DNA from: Babesia bigemina
Lineage: Eukaryota
DNA: 64,000 nucleotides
Reading direction: 5' to 3'
NCBI RefSeq assembly: GCF_000981445.1
Contig: NC_027218.1
Span: forward strand, 1,116,001 to 1,180,000
In this document: in pieces, positions 34,697 to 47,700 of the stretch
Layout: every line of letters begins with the position of its first letter
How positions within the stretch are numbered: the first letter of the stretch is position 1
Program-made: the position numbers and the translations under genes
The notes under the pieces: generated by a model
What the model was told of the DNA's origin: nothing
What the model saw: the letters and a program-made list of their open reading frames with translations, nothing else
The model's database searches: none

Positions 34697-37490
34697 CTAG
34701 TTGCTTGCCGTGCTAGGGTCGTCAGCCTCGTCAGAGCAGTCTAGGCCCTGAAACAGAGCACGAGCCATCTGAATTTGCTCCCTACTTACAAGACGCGGCT
34801 CAGGCTTCTTCCAGACGTACCCTTTAGGCTCGGCAGGCTTTGGTGCACGACTACCAAGGGACAGAATAGACATGTCAATCGAAGGTTCGACCACAGTTGG
34901 TCGGGTCCTGTCGGCGTCTGCTGGCGCGGCACCTGTGATCCCTGAAAGGTAGGGAGCAGCTGATGGATCAACTTTGGTATCGTCATCGTCATCCGCCTGC
35001 AGTGCCTTCTTGTCCACGTAACCGGATGGGCCCCAACTGCGAGGAACATCGGAGCAAATGATCTCCTCGTTCACCAAATCTTCTGTGGTCAGGGTCTCGC
35101 GGTACTCCGACATTTGGGATGGCTTCATGGCATAGGGTTCAAAACGAAGCTCAGGAACCGGGCTCAGGTGTGCCGGGGCGGATTCGCTTGCAACCTCGGA
35201 ACTCGGCTTCGAATAAGACCGGGCTCCACCGGCAATACGGGTCTGCACGTAATTTTCCAGGAACGTCAACTTGCTGTCATAATCGTTTCGCCGCAAGTTG
35301 AGTTGCGGTCGTAAATCACAGAGGCTACGGATCTCCTTGCACCGCTGCGTCACTTCAGTGCAGTTCGAGCATTCCAGTTGGGACAGTACTGACACCACTG
35401 CATCTGGGACCTTGTAGTCATTTGCGATAATGAGGGTGCGCATGCATCCCAGCACCCAGCACACTGTAGAATTATTCTGACGGTACCTCAGCACAAACTG
35501 AAGCAAAATGTCGATGTAATCGTCAAAGTTAGCTGCAGCCAGCTCTCCCGCTTCAGACTGACCCGAACGCCCTGTTGATAACGTGCTATCTGATGCAGTT
35601 GCGGAATTCTCGGCTGGGCTGTCCGTCGCCTCGTCAGCAGCGCCACCGTCTCCAACGCCCGTCTGGTTGGCCTCTGGCACTTCAGTCGCATGATCCGATG
35701 GCTTATGTGATTCGTCGTTGTGCGAAGTCTCATCGGTATCGACAGTTGCATCGGCCACATCGTTTTCAGCAGCATTCGACATGCCTAGTTCTACATCATT
35801 TCCGTCGACGCCACAGTTGGCACCAGGGGCCACTGTCAAATCGTCGCCATCACATTCGCCTCCACTAACATCATCGGGACACAATGCGCAATTGGCGTAT
35901 ACCCAGCTCACCACCTTTACTACAATCTCGGGCAAAACGTCCGCTCGCTTAACCAGGTCTGCCACCTGACGCAGCACAGCACGTCGAAACGCCACGTCGC
36001 CTGAGTTTTCCTTCAGTACATTCACCGTGCTGAACAACAGTTCGTCTTTTACAAGGTCAGGACAGATCATCATGAGATCCAGCACCGTCTCCATGTACCA
36101 CGTTGCACTGGGGGCGAACTTCTCACAGAGCAGCGATATCTTGCTGACCAGCTCGGAACGCCAGTACCGCTCGCACTTAGTGCGCAGGTGCCCGAGGAAG
36201 CAACCGACAATCGTGGTCACATTCTTCGAGTTGGTCATCCGATAAAGCAGGTCAAGAGTGCGTCGGCGTATGGTCTCGTCGCGGTCCTCGAGGCAGGACA
36301 CAACAACCAGCTGGTTCTCAGCGGCGTAAGACATATTCAGGCCAACCAATATCCCCAGGCCCGCGATGCCGGCATAGCGCAGATTGTTGTTCTCCGACCC
36401 GAGCATGCGCGATACAGAGATCGAGCACATCGTCGCCAGGGACTCACGCGGGGATATCATCGATACCGTCTTGACGCACTCGTAAATGATCGCGTTTGCT
36501 ATCACGGATGCGGCAGGAGGCAGTATTTCCGCGTGCTGCACGACGCTCTGCAGGCACTCGAACATCTGGCTCGACAGGCGACGATCGCCTTTTCCCATAA
36601 TGCCGAAAATCGATACGATTGCGATTTGCGTCCACGGCGCCGGCACCCGGTGGTAGTCGTACGCGTTATTCAGACGACGGTCTACTATCTGGTTCAGGAT
36701 CGACACCAGAGACGGGACCAGGTGACGATATCCCCGGGGACGTGTTGCGATCTCATCCTGCAGCAGCGACAAGGTGCAGGTCATCACCGCAGGGCTCGGG
36801 TCGCAGATACCGCGCTCGATGATCCCACACAAATTCTCCACGCAAGTGCTGTCGAACTCGTTGAAGCTGCGGACGGCCATCATGGCGTGCTTCCGAACGT
36901 GCTCGTTGTCGACCTCGAGGCAGCGCAACACGCACGGGAGGATCGTGGGTATCATGTCGCGGTTGACGAGGTCGCAGACGCACTGCAGCGCGCAGACAAT
37001 GTCTGCAAAGTTGGGACTCTGCAGGTCCTTCTGGATGGTGTTGATCAGAAGCAGCATCAGCTCCGACTGCGGTTTGAGCAGCTGGCGGCATGCCCAGTAG
37101 CCTGTGAAATGTGTAAAACGCGCAAATGTGTGGCCCACCTGCTTTCTTGCACACCAAACTGCGCTCCTGGGCCATATTGATGGCGTGGATGTGGGCGAAA
37201 GGCGCCTCGAATCCCAGCATCTCCACGTAAACGGCGCGGACCAGGTACTCCTTCCTGCGCTCCTGAGCGGACATGTTTTCCACCATGAACGGCCGCACGT
37301 ACCCGGTGCACGTCCTTGACAAGCACGAGACTCTTCAGCGCGCTGATTTCGCTGAGGACGACGCGCTCTTCCTCCTAACACAGGTCAGCCTGGTAGTCAA
37401 GACACCCACCTCCTTGGATCTGCACTCGCCCAGGGCCTTCGTGAACCGGTAGAATTCCCGGGACATATTAGAAGAAGCTAAGCCCAGCAT
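34697..37490 (-). CDS. AP4E1: AP-4 adaptor complex epsilon subunit (three short 5' introns, then a long exon)
   Basis: Spliced N-term [24 protein letters not shown]..., [59 protein letters not shown]. Confidence 0.9.
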
Positions 37491-37562
37491 CTTGACTGCG
37501 ATAAAGAAAGACTCTGGCGCTGCCGCACGGTCGGCGCGCGGCAGCGCCTACCCACACACCAA

Positions 37563-38616
37563 ATGACACATGGAATCATGGCGCCCATCCTGGCGGTGCT
37601 GGCGCTAGCGGTGCAACTGTGCCTGGCGAAGCACAAAGATAAGCCTAAGAAGGCTCACATTCCGAATATAGCGCCCTGCGGTGAAGGTACCTCTACACAC
37701 CGCCGCGATGTCGTTCACACATTGCAGGACTCAAGGGACTGCTGAACTACCAATTCGACAGAGAAGATGAGGAGGCGGTTATAACTACGGCGGCGTATCT
37801 GTCGAAAAACACTGTGAAGCTCTACACGGGAAACGTAGGACCTATTACCTAGACACCGACATACGATGTGCAGGTGAACTATCGCACAATCGACCTCAAC
37901 GATGCCATATCGCCGTTGGAGACTCTAGGCGAGAAATGCTTTGCAATCAGAAGCCGAGATGCGCTTCCCAACGTGTTATGTGCGAGGTTGGATTCTTTAT
38001 ATGAGCTCATGCACAGCTTTACAGCGGACTCCTGGAACGCAACAGATGGATCAACTCGATAGAAGCTAGCATGTTGTGCGCGGAAACTGGCATAAAGTCA
38101 ACTCTGCCGCTCATACCTGGCGAGGAGAGGTGGGTGCGTTGCATCTGCTGCTAACAGAGCACAGGCTTGAGGAACTAGACAAGGAGAAACCTGCCGGGAT
38201 CAACTTGTTCATGTAAGCGGATCTCCCTCCAAACACTAAACACCGTGCTCAGCCACGACAGTCCTGTTGGCAGACCCGAAATATACATCAACGGAAAGAC
38301 GACTAAGGAGCTCGAAGACGAACGCAATGTGAGACAGCCATTCGCACTGTTAACCTGTCGCAGAAACAGTCCATTGATGCATCTCACGTTATTAATGATA
38401 TGCAAGAATTGGGAGGTAAGCTTTGCACAGCATCTAAACGTCAATAGCACGCCAGACCTCGACCAGCTTTTCCCCACCTTCGAAACCAACGACGGTGAAC
38501 CGATGACCGTTGCGCCAATCGATGAGGAAGCACTCGCTGAGGCAAGGGCAGAGGCTGGAATGGTAGACGATACCACACCTGATCTGGGCTACTACAAGCA
38601 TGAACAATCGCTTTGA
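37563..38616 (+). CDS. Multi-exon signal-peptide protein with a PH-like domain
   Basis: Signal peptide MAPILAVLALAVQLCLA. About six short GT-AG introns join in frame. CFAIRS..VLCA|SGLLERNRWINSIEASMLC resembles a PH-domain C-terminal helix. Confidence 0.6.
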
Positions 38617-39138
38617 TGTCTGAATCTGGTGGCGCCAACACCGCCGTGGACTCAATATCGGGTGCTTCAATATCGCAAAAATCAACTACTCGCGCCCTTA
38701 ATACATTTGCAAACCTTGTAACGAATGTATACATAACGTGTAAAAATTTGCGCCGCAATGATTGATGGGCGCACCAACAGAACTTGTTGATGCTCAGCCT
38801 TCAAAGCCACCATACCCACGCAACGTTATTGCGATCGCTTTCTGCGGCAAAAATGAACAACGGCTGTCGCCAGAATACGTCCACTCATCGGATTCCTAAG
38901 CTGTTCGCCATTAGAACAAATGTATAATTTAAAAAGTTGCCAGTATGAGCACGGTTGGTTTGCTCCGTCATGAAAGACGGTTATCTGCCGGAAAACAGGG
39001 ACCGTGCAACTCCCATACAACCCGGCATGGGCGCTGTCACACAGAATACTACATATCTCTGTGTGTCAACCCTAGACGATAGGGCCTACAAGCACGACAG
39101 CACCCGATGTGCGGCAGTCAACCAAAACCGATATTGCT

Positions 39139-39692
39139 TTACAATACGTAGTCCGATGGCATCGTGAAGCGCGATTCTCCCAGTTTATGCGATGAAATGA
39201 GCCCCCCTATGGGAACAAAACTGTAGAAAAGGCGCAAGGTTACACGGGTCTTACGTAACGACCGGCCGAAGTCGACCATGTAATACTTGCTGACGATGTT
39301 GCGGCCAGGCTCATACGCCTCCGACGGGTCCTCTATAACCTTGTCATATATGATAAGCTCGTTGCGTGGGTGCCTCGCCGTCTCGTACTCCGCCGTCACG
39401 TACAAAAAAATCACGTTAGTGCTCCAGTCAAACACATTACGGAGGTCGTAGTCCAGGTGGAGCTCTAGAGCGGCGCGATCCGACTGTGCAGATGTAAAAG
39501 CTACGACAGATATTCACCAACCTGGCTGGAGATGGTCTTCAGCTCGAAGGTTTGCACGTGAGACACCGAACCATGTGCAAAGGCATGGGATCTGTGGTAG
39601 AGACCGCTCAAATAGTTGAACGCCAGTGCGATACCCGCTGCGCAGACCGCAGTGCTGAAAACTGTGTAGAGACGGAGGGCGGAACTGCTCAT
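39139..39692 (-). CDS. SPC3: Signal peptidase complex subunit 3 (SPC22/23) (exons 39692-39522, 39483-39139)
   Basis: N-terminal TM, then DLRNVFDWSTNVIFLYVTAEYET, KYYMVDFGRSLR, PIGG. Confidence 0.88.
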
Positions 39693-40124
39693 CTTAGCAA
39701 CTGAACGACGCCGTGCGACGCGTGGTCCCCATCGGAGGAAGGCGGCTGCGCTCTGCAACCTTACAGTGAACTGTGTATCGAGAATCGTTTGGTCAGACTT
39801 ATATTACACGTAATTGTTCTGTAAGACCAAAAATCAACCACGAACGTCGCTGCCAAGTGACGTCTGGCGAAGCGCGCATCAGACAGCTGGGAGATTAGCA
39901 CGTACTGACATATTACATAATTGCCAAACCGCTTGAAGGTGAGTTTTAATACATTCTGATAACTGTAGGCTCTATGTGTATGTAACTTTGTCGCGGCGCA
40001 GAGTGATTTGCCTACACATTGACAACGGTGCTACGTGCCGGCTGCGTACGCCTGCCTTCCACACGTAACTTCCAGCGCACCAGAACCTCTACGCGTGAAA
40101 TACATTTTCTGAAAAGTGTACAGG

Positions 40125-40716
40125 ATGGCGACGTCTGTGGATTACGAAATAAGCGAGGACGACCAGAGCAGGATCGTCGAGTTCAGCACGGTTTTCAACA
40201 AAAAAAATATGGCCGAGACAAGGCTGAAAGCTCTTAAAGAACAGGTGCAAAATATTGATGATGCGCAAGAGGAGCTCATGATTAACATGGATACGCCTTA
40301 CCTCAAAATAGGTGAGTTGCAGAAGCGCATAACCCAAACGAGATGCCACGAACGAGTTATTGAATGGGTGATTCTCATGTTGGTGTACTAATGTAGTGAT
40401 GTGTGATGTTGTGCCAATGTGATACCTGCCGATGCATTCGTGTCTGAGGCTGTGGATGCCCAAAGCAGCTTTCATTGGTGTGGCCTATGTGAACACCTTG
40501 CATATCCCCCATCCAATTTTAATGTTCTTCGCAGGTGACTGCTTCCTCAGACTAGAAGAATCCGAACTGGATGAGCACCTAGAAGCGGAAAAAAAAGAGG
40601 CAACCGACGAAATCAGGCAACTGGAGCAGGAGATCGATGAACACATAGCGAGGACAGCAGAGCTCAAGGCGATGTTGTATGCAAAGTTCGGAAATCGTAT
40701 CAACTTAGAAGCCTGA
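40125..40716 (+). CDS. PFDN4: Prefoldin subunit 4 (exons 40125-40311, 40535-40716)
   Basis: EDDQSRIVEFS, LKIG|DCF, ELKAMLYAKFGNRINLEA. Confidence 0.92.
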
Positions 40717-41064
40717 CCACACGAAGGCCATGTGGTTGCATCGCCAGTGAAACATCGCAACGTTATTGTGTAAATATTAACTAAATCGCTATATATGTTA
40801 TGTTAAGTTTTCGCTGGTTGAGTAATTGGTACATTTTTAGGGGTGAAACAATAACGGTTGCTGCACAGGTCTCAATTTACACCCGGGGATGTATCCCCAG
40901 ATGCCATACGACGCGGTCGATTCGCTATGGTGGCAGCTGTGGGAGGCCCGCAAGCGCCGTTATACCAGAAACATAATCCCACGTCCTAGAAGTACCACAG
41001 ATTGTACGCCTCGATGGTTTTGAGCTGCAGAAATCGAAAGGGAGTTCGCGTAAGGCAGCCACGA

Positions 41065-42196
41065 TCATTCGGGTTTCAGAGCTTGGTTAATTTCGTCCTT
41101 GACGGTGTCGTAGAATCTCAAGTTCGGCACGTATACCGGCTTTGCAGTGTACATTTCTCCTGTCTGCAGGTTCTTCATCATTCGCGGCCCGCGTAGGGAG
41201 TTGTGGAAAAGGCCAAACTTGGGGATCGAGATTTCTCTGTTTTCACCAAGATATTTACCAATCAATTTCACGAATTCGTCAATAACAGCACCGACATCCT
41301 TCTGTGTCATCTCAACTGTCTGAGCCACCTCGGCAATCAGCTGCTTCTTGGTAATGGTCTGCGAAACGTCAGTCACGGAACATTACGACCAGAACAATGC
41401 ACATCAATGGTACAAAACTGACTAGACTCAGCGTGCCATACATGACCAGACATAATCAGCACTTATATATTCAGGATTAGGCAACCAAGTGGATAAATTA
41501 TCAGTGGAGGACCGACAAATTGACAATTTTTTGGCAATCACGTAACGATGTTCAACTGAGGTGCTGGCCCGTGATGTAATTAGCACAAAACTAACACATA
41601 AGTCATCACCTTTAATGAAGGCTATAAATGGAGAACCAAAAGGTCAATAGCGCAGATCGTTACAGTGTGCAGGGCATAACCGTAACAGACAAGCCACAAT
41701 TGTGAATGTAGTTAGTCAGCAGCATTTAACGATGAATATATGGGTACAGTCCACATATGTGCAGTGAATAAAATATGGAATCTAGTGGAAGACAAGTACA
41801 GGTGGTAATATTCAACGCCGATATTCGGGTACACACACGTATATTAATCCACGACAACAGAAATATATTTTATTACGCAAATAACCAACGAAATGATACG
41901 TGAAACAACTTTACTGTGAACACATCGACAGAAGTATTTTCATTACGAAGTGCAACTGAACTAACCTCGCCGGTAGAGGATGTGCTCTTGGCGCCCACGG
42001 AAGATGATATCCGGGCGCCATTGGTCGAAAATGAAATTGATGCATGCGATGGAGATGATACGAACCCAGCTTTGGGCGCACCTAAACTAGCAAGCGCGCC
42101 GCCGATGCCTGTCGATCTATGCGCATCCACAGACAGCGCCAAAACGAGGGTGCCTAACCACCCCCAAAGGAAGTGAATTCTACCGCAATGTGACAT
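41065..42196 (-). CDS. HU: Apicoplast-targeted bacterial histone-like protein HU (exons 42196-41966, 41358-41065)
   Basis: Exon 1 encodes a signal peptide plus a Ser-rich transit-like peptide. Exon 2 TITKKQLIAEVA...ISIPKFGLF...RMMKNLQTGE is an HU/IHF fold. Phase-0 607-nt intron gttagt..tcgcag. Confidence 0.88.
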
Positions 42197-42307
42197 AATT
42201 ACGTTGCAAATTTAAGATAGGGCGGAGTCAATAAGGTGAGATTCCTACACCAGGGGAATCCTACAACTACACACTTGGACGGTGTGGGGACAACAACCGG
42301 CAGTTAA

Positions 42308-42858
42308 ATGTGTAGAAACGGTCACACCCTCCCCGAGAAGACTCGGCAGGTCATCCAGGAGGCTCTGCAGTACTGCGAAACGGCAGACCGCAACCTCAAG
42401 GTGGCGTTGATAGAGGCCGAGCAGCGCGTAAAGCAGGCAAAGGTAGGCATATTATCTATGTTCTGACGAAGTTATACGCATAGCGTGTGGTTAATGTGTC
42501 GCTCTGGCTAACTGGGTGCAGCAAGAGTTTCTGGAACTAGAACGGGAGGCGGCGAAGGTGTCCAACACCTTCGCGGCTACGAGGTTGTCTAGAATTATGC
42601 ATCTCACAAATCTCATTGTTGATAAACGCCGAGTAAACATGTCGGAACTTAAACCTACGGAAATGGAAGCTATATATGCGTGTTTCTTGCCTTATGTTAA
42701 GCAGATGAAAGTCATCGAAATGCGAGAACAAGAGTTCGACCTAGTAAAACAAAAAATTGAAGCCAATGCGGTGAGTATCAAGTCACAATCGCATGTAACA
42801 TATGCAGGAAACTTACATGCTATATAAAAATGATCTGGAAACCAAGGGCAAGTCGTAA
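42308..42858 (+). CDS. Hypothetical coiled-coil protein, ~144 aa (exons 42308-42442, 42522-42770, 42808-42858)
   Basis: In-frame phase-0 GT-AG introns; helical E/K/Q-rich sequence. Start uncertain. Confidence 0.62.
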
Positions 42859-43619
42859 AAACATCTTGTTTAATAAGTTGTACAATACGGATCATTTCAA
42901 AAAGACAAGCGATTTCACTTGGTTTTGAGCGTCTACATGGACGTATGTATACATTAACAAATCACAAAAGTTGGTAAAACGTTTTAATGTGGATAATGAA
43001 ATAATTAACTGCTGGTTTGAGCTCTCCATTGTGTTCCAATTGGGGGGCAAGTGTTCCATCGTCTTTACTACTTGGGATAGACAACTACTTTGACATTTAA
43101 TGTATCATTAGTACTGGAAGGCTATATTGAGTAGGCAAAACTATGTTGCGCTGCTCCAGCGAAGCGCAGAGGAAGACGTAAAAGGCGACGTCTCGCCAGT
43201 CCAATAATTCAGCAAATTCTAGAGGTTTTAGATCTGATGTCCGAAGAGTGAATATATATTGTCGACCATAGTTAGGCTTGCCATACCTGCACAAGCAGTT
43301 TCCCATTTCAAATCGTCACCTAATGGCTTCTTGCATTGCTCCGTACAATGGGGGCATCTTGGACGCTTGGCACAACACCAGCGACAGTTATAACGAGCTC
43401 TAGGAGTGTATCATTCGTCACTACAATACACATGTATTAATGTCTTAGAACAGTTCGCAAAAGAATTATCCCTAGGACGAGTGGCTATATTTTTGTCCTA
43501 AGGAACCATGCATACCTGCGTAAAACATCGACCGCTTTTCACAACTCATGACCTTTACTCCGTTAGTGTAGGTTGCAGGTTTCACACCTCAGTGTTATAA
43601 TACCGTATGGGTATGAGAG

Positions 43620-44708
43620 ATATTTACATGCTCATAGTCTTCTCTGGGTATCATCTCTCATTATTTTATGCGTCTCTTGGATCACTACCCGTTGTATGTG
43701 GGCTTCCACGCGATCCGATATGCCCAGGTCCCGTCTATACTTGTTGTGGTCTTTTGTCACTATTCCCTCTCACGTCATAACGTAGGGGATAACCCTGATC
43801 TTGGTCTGATGGTTAAACTGTCGCGCCTTGAGATCCTCGATAAGGTCTTCATACGTCTGCTTCTTGAACTTATCCGTCTCCACCGGATTGCCTTCGCCGA
43901 CAGTCCCGTTATCCAAGGTTGTGAATGCGTCATTTATACTATCTACTATGTTGTCTTCTGGTAGAGTATGCTCTCAGCCCTCATGAGACTCCTGAGTTTG
44001 GCATGGCAATTTCCATCATTACTATGGTCCTCCACCTAACCCTTACTGCTCTTCACTCATACAGTCGCCTTTCAGCTAGATAGATCTTGACTGTGCTACA
44101 CAGTCACATCAGTAATCTTCCATATTGAGGTCACATTCTCATCCATCATGCGTCGAGGATTCCGTTCCATGTAAGGGATGCGGAGGGGTGAAACGCCTCT
44201 GCCCTTTCCGCTTCTCGATTACAGCATGCTCATATTCGTGTAGTCGCTACCCAGTTGCTCGAGTCACATTCAGGAATGCCATATTAGTATTATGTTAAAA
44301 CCGTGCAGTATCAGTGGGGCGGACCATATATATTTGTAGAACGGGATAGAATTTGATGCGAATATTAACTCGCAGCTTGCATCACGTCTAGCTGTTTCTT
44401 AAGGAAGTTGAACATTGGACTGTAGTTGCGAGCATTCAGGGCACCTCCGAAGTGGATTGTAATTTCAAGCTGTCTGGGCGCTGGTGGTTGGGATTAGGTG
44501 AGATAGGCGGATGCTAGTTTTGTGGTGAATTTCAAATACGCCATCAATAGGGTAGATGCTTAAGTAATGTAGTTAAGAGCAGTGGGAGAGGAGTTTGCCA
44601 GCCGTCCAGTGCTTATCGCGTTTTCAGAGCGTGGTAGAGGATCTGCAACATCGAAGTGCTATTGGGTTCCTTGAAGTTGTGTATATGGTAATCCCTTGAA
44701 ATTTAAGG
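43620..44708. repeat. Conserved ves-upstream block, copy C
   Basis: Homologous to copies A and B; more divergent at its left end. Confidence 0.85.
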
Positions 44709-47700
44709 ATGGCACCGCAATTTAAGAAACTCACCGACTGTCCGGAAAATCTGCGGGAAGCCATCGATTGGCTTATCCAAGTGAGGCATGGTAATGGTGA
44801 GAATGGTGAGGGTCTTACCAAGTTGTCTCAAGCTTTGACAACCTTGATACAAGATGCAATTGATAAGGCCAGAGAAAGCATCCAACACAAACAAGATAAG
44901 CTTGATTGCTCGAAAGAACTTTCTCTTGGTTTCACTTATTGTAGACAGCTTGATGGCCAAATCAAGCAAGCTGAAGAGGAAATTAAAATGTTACACGAAG
45001 GCGATAAAGCTATGAAAGATAAATTAAATTCGAAAATAAACGGCATCAAAACCCTTAAAGAAAATTGTATTAAATCCCACTACATTGATGAACAACGTCG
45101 GTCTTCCCTCAGTCAGGAAATCGAAGACGCCACTAAAGTTGTTAGAAAGCTAGAAGAATTCACAAAGGATCTTGATAATTCTAAAAATGATAATAATATA
45201 CTTAGTAAGCTATGTTCCGGTCTCGAGACCTTCCTGGGTTATACGTCTGGTAATTATACAGGCCAAGGCATCGTGTACGGTGATTGTGATCGATTTCGGG
45301 ACGCTGTTCTAATGTTCTTCCATGGCGTGTTGGATAGCGTTAAGGAGAATGAGTCTGTTATGACGTATGATAAAGATCCAAACAACAATCTTAGCAGCGC
45401 GCTCCTTAGAATAAAGGAGCTCATACATCACGGCCATGGAGCGTTTTATCAGGCGTTTGAGGCTGTGAGTAGGGCGTTGCAGACGTGGGATGAGGACTTG
45501 GCGATGAGAACTAGAAACGTCAATAAACAATTCAGCAATTTAAAAGATGTATTAGAAAATGAAGTCAATGAATTCTCGAAGGAGCAGGGTAATTCTCTAA
45601 CAGAGCAATTTGCCCGTTGGGATGAGACCGCTGCGCACTTAGTTGACATGACAGATGCAGCCGACAAAATGATAGGAGATTTAGATTCTGGACTCCGAAA
45701 GAAACTTGAGCCTCCTGTAACGGCTATTAGAGAGGCAGTGAAAATGTTGAAAAGGTCGTCGTCGGACAACGGCATGATTAAGGTCGTTGACACTCTCCAG
45801 AAGACGTTGGACAACATACCAGGGGAAGTTGAAAAGTTTATCGAAGATAACGCTAATAAAACTGTGGAAAAACATAAGAACCAGGTTGAAGACTTCAAAA
45901 AGAATGTAAAAAGAGATATGAATGCTTTGCGTGATGCATACGTAAAGGAACATCTTGCGGTGGCCCAGACTGATTTGTCTATGGCTGTCAACACTTTCAG
46001 AAAAAATGCTAAGAATCTTGGAGGATTGAAGAACACCGTGATGCATAAAGCGATTGAAGCAATTGATAAAGTATTTGATAATGTTGATAATGTCGTCGCC
46101 GATAATGGTACATTAAATGCGTTGGCAAGTGACCCAATTAACGTGCAGACAAAATTGATTTATCAGGAACTAAATACAGAATGGAAGCCAAGTGATGGTT
46201 GGAAAAGTCTACGTTCTAATATAGGTAGACCTCAAGATATATTCACCAACACATATGAAACTGGTTTGAAGAGTCTGGTTAACAAAACCAAAAATGATTT
46301 AGATAAAGCTCTTGAGTGCGCCAGCAGCAATGCCAAAAATTTGGGCGGTTTGAATAATGAGGCAGTCAGGGCGGTTATAAGTAATATTCAAAAAAAGTTG
46401 GAGGAAGTGGATACTCAGATTACTTCTATGAAGCAGCTTATGGGTTTGGAAAGTGATTTTATGGCTGGACAGATTAGCACTATTGCTCATACAAAAAACC
46501 AGGGCGCTACATCCGTGTCAATTCATGTAGATGATTTGAATGTCACAATTGGCAAGGCTGATGCAATATTTAATACAACCCACAACAATACATTGGAGGA
46601 GTTGGCAGGAAAATCTCAAAAAACGTTGGCGCATATTTTTGCGAAGGCTCAAGAATGCATCGAGACGCACGGGGGATTAAATAATGCTGTAGTTGTAAGT
46701 GTTATGAGGGAAATTGAAACGAAGTTGGAGACTGAAGCCGACAGAGTCGTTACCATCGAAAAGCTTAAGCAGTTGAAAACTGGGTTCATGGAAGGACAAA
46801 TTATGAAAATTACCAAGGCTAAAAACAGAGAAGGTATAACGCTATCAAGTCATATAAATGATCTGAGTGAAACTATCGGTGAGCCCGAAGTAAATTTTAA
46901 AACGTATCAAGCCGCGTTAGAAAGTTTGGTTGAGCAGACAGAACAGACTTTGAAGAAAGCTATCGAAAATGCAAAAACATATCTTGAGACACCGCAAACC
47001 TCTCTTCAGAGAAAGATGCTAGATGCTTATGGCATTGTTTTGGGGACCTCGAACAAAACTAGAATGGGTGAGGCTGCAGTTTTGGCGGGGCGTGTGGGGG
47101 ATGCGATCAAACAGCTAAATGTATTCGCTAAAAAATTCACAGGCAAACATAATATAGAAGGAAAGTTCCCAAACCTAGATAGTTATGGCGAAGCATTAAA
47201 AGAAGACGTCAGAAGGAAGTTAGAAACACATGGCAATGATGATGATGAAATATCTCGATGGATTACGAGCTCCACTAGTAACTTGATTTCTAGTGTCTTT
47301 AAAGAAGCAAACGAGCAAATAAGTAAGGTTGATAACGCTTATCGGGTGGCAGTGGATCGGGAACTTAACGCTATCAAATTGAAGATAACAGAATTTAAGA
47401 ATAAAGCCGAGAAAAATGAGCTTGGAAATTTTCACAGTATAATACATTCTAATTTTCAATCAATTAACAGAGCCATCGACACTAATTCAGCTTACCAGGA
47501 AGATCACAAATCTAGAACCGATTATTTCACAAAGGTTATAGAAATTATAAATCATACCGTTGATTCCCTTCAAACTGCCTATCAAAAAGCCTATCAGAGT
47601 TCTGCAAAGTCTTATCTAAGCGGTGCGATTCGTAAAATTAAGGTGGCGGTGCAGGGGGCTGAGTCGCAATATAAGCTGGAAATGACTCAGCTGCGTTCAC

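Noticed and set aside
33207..34744. Possible small gene(s) downstream of AP4E1
   Set aside because: Some splice-like sites exist, but no coherent in-frame model or recognisable product.
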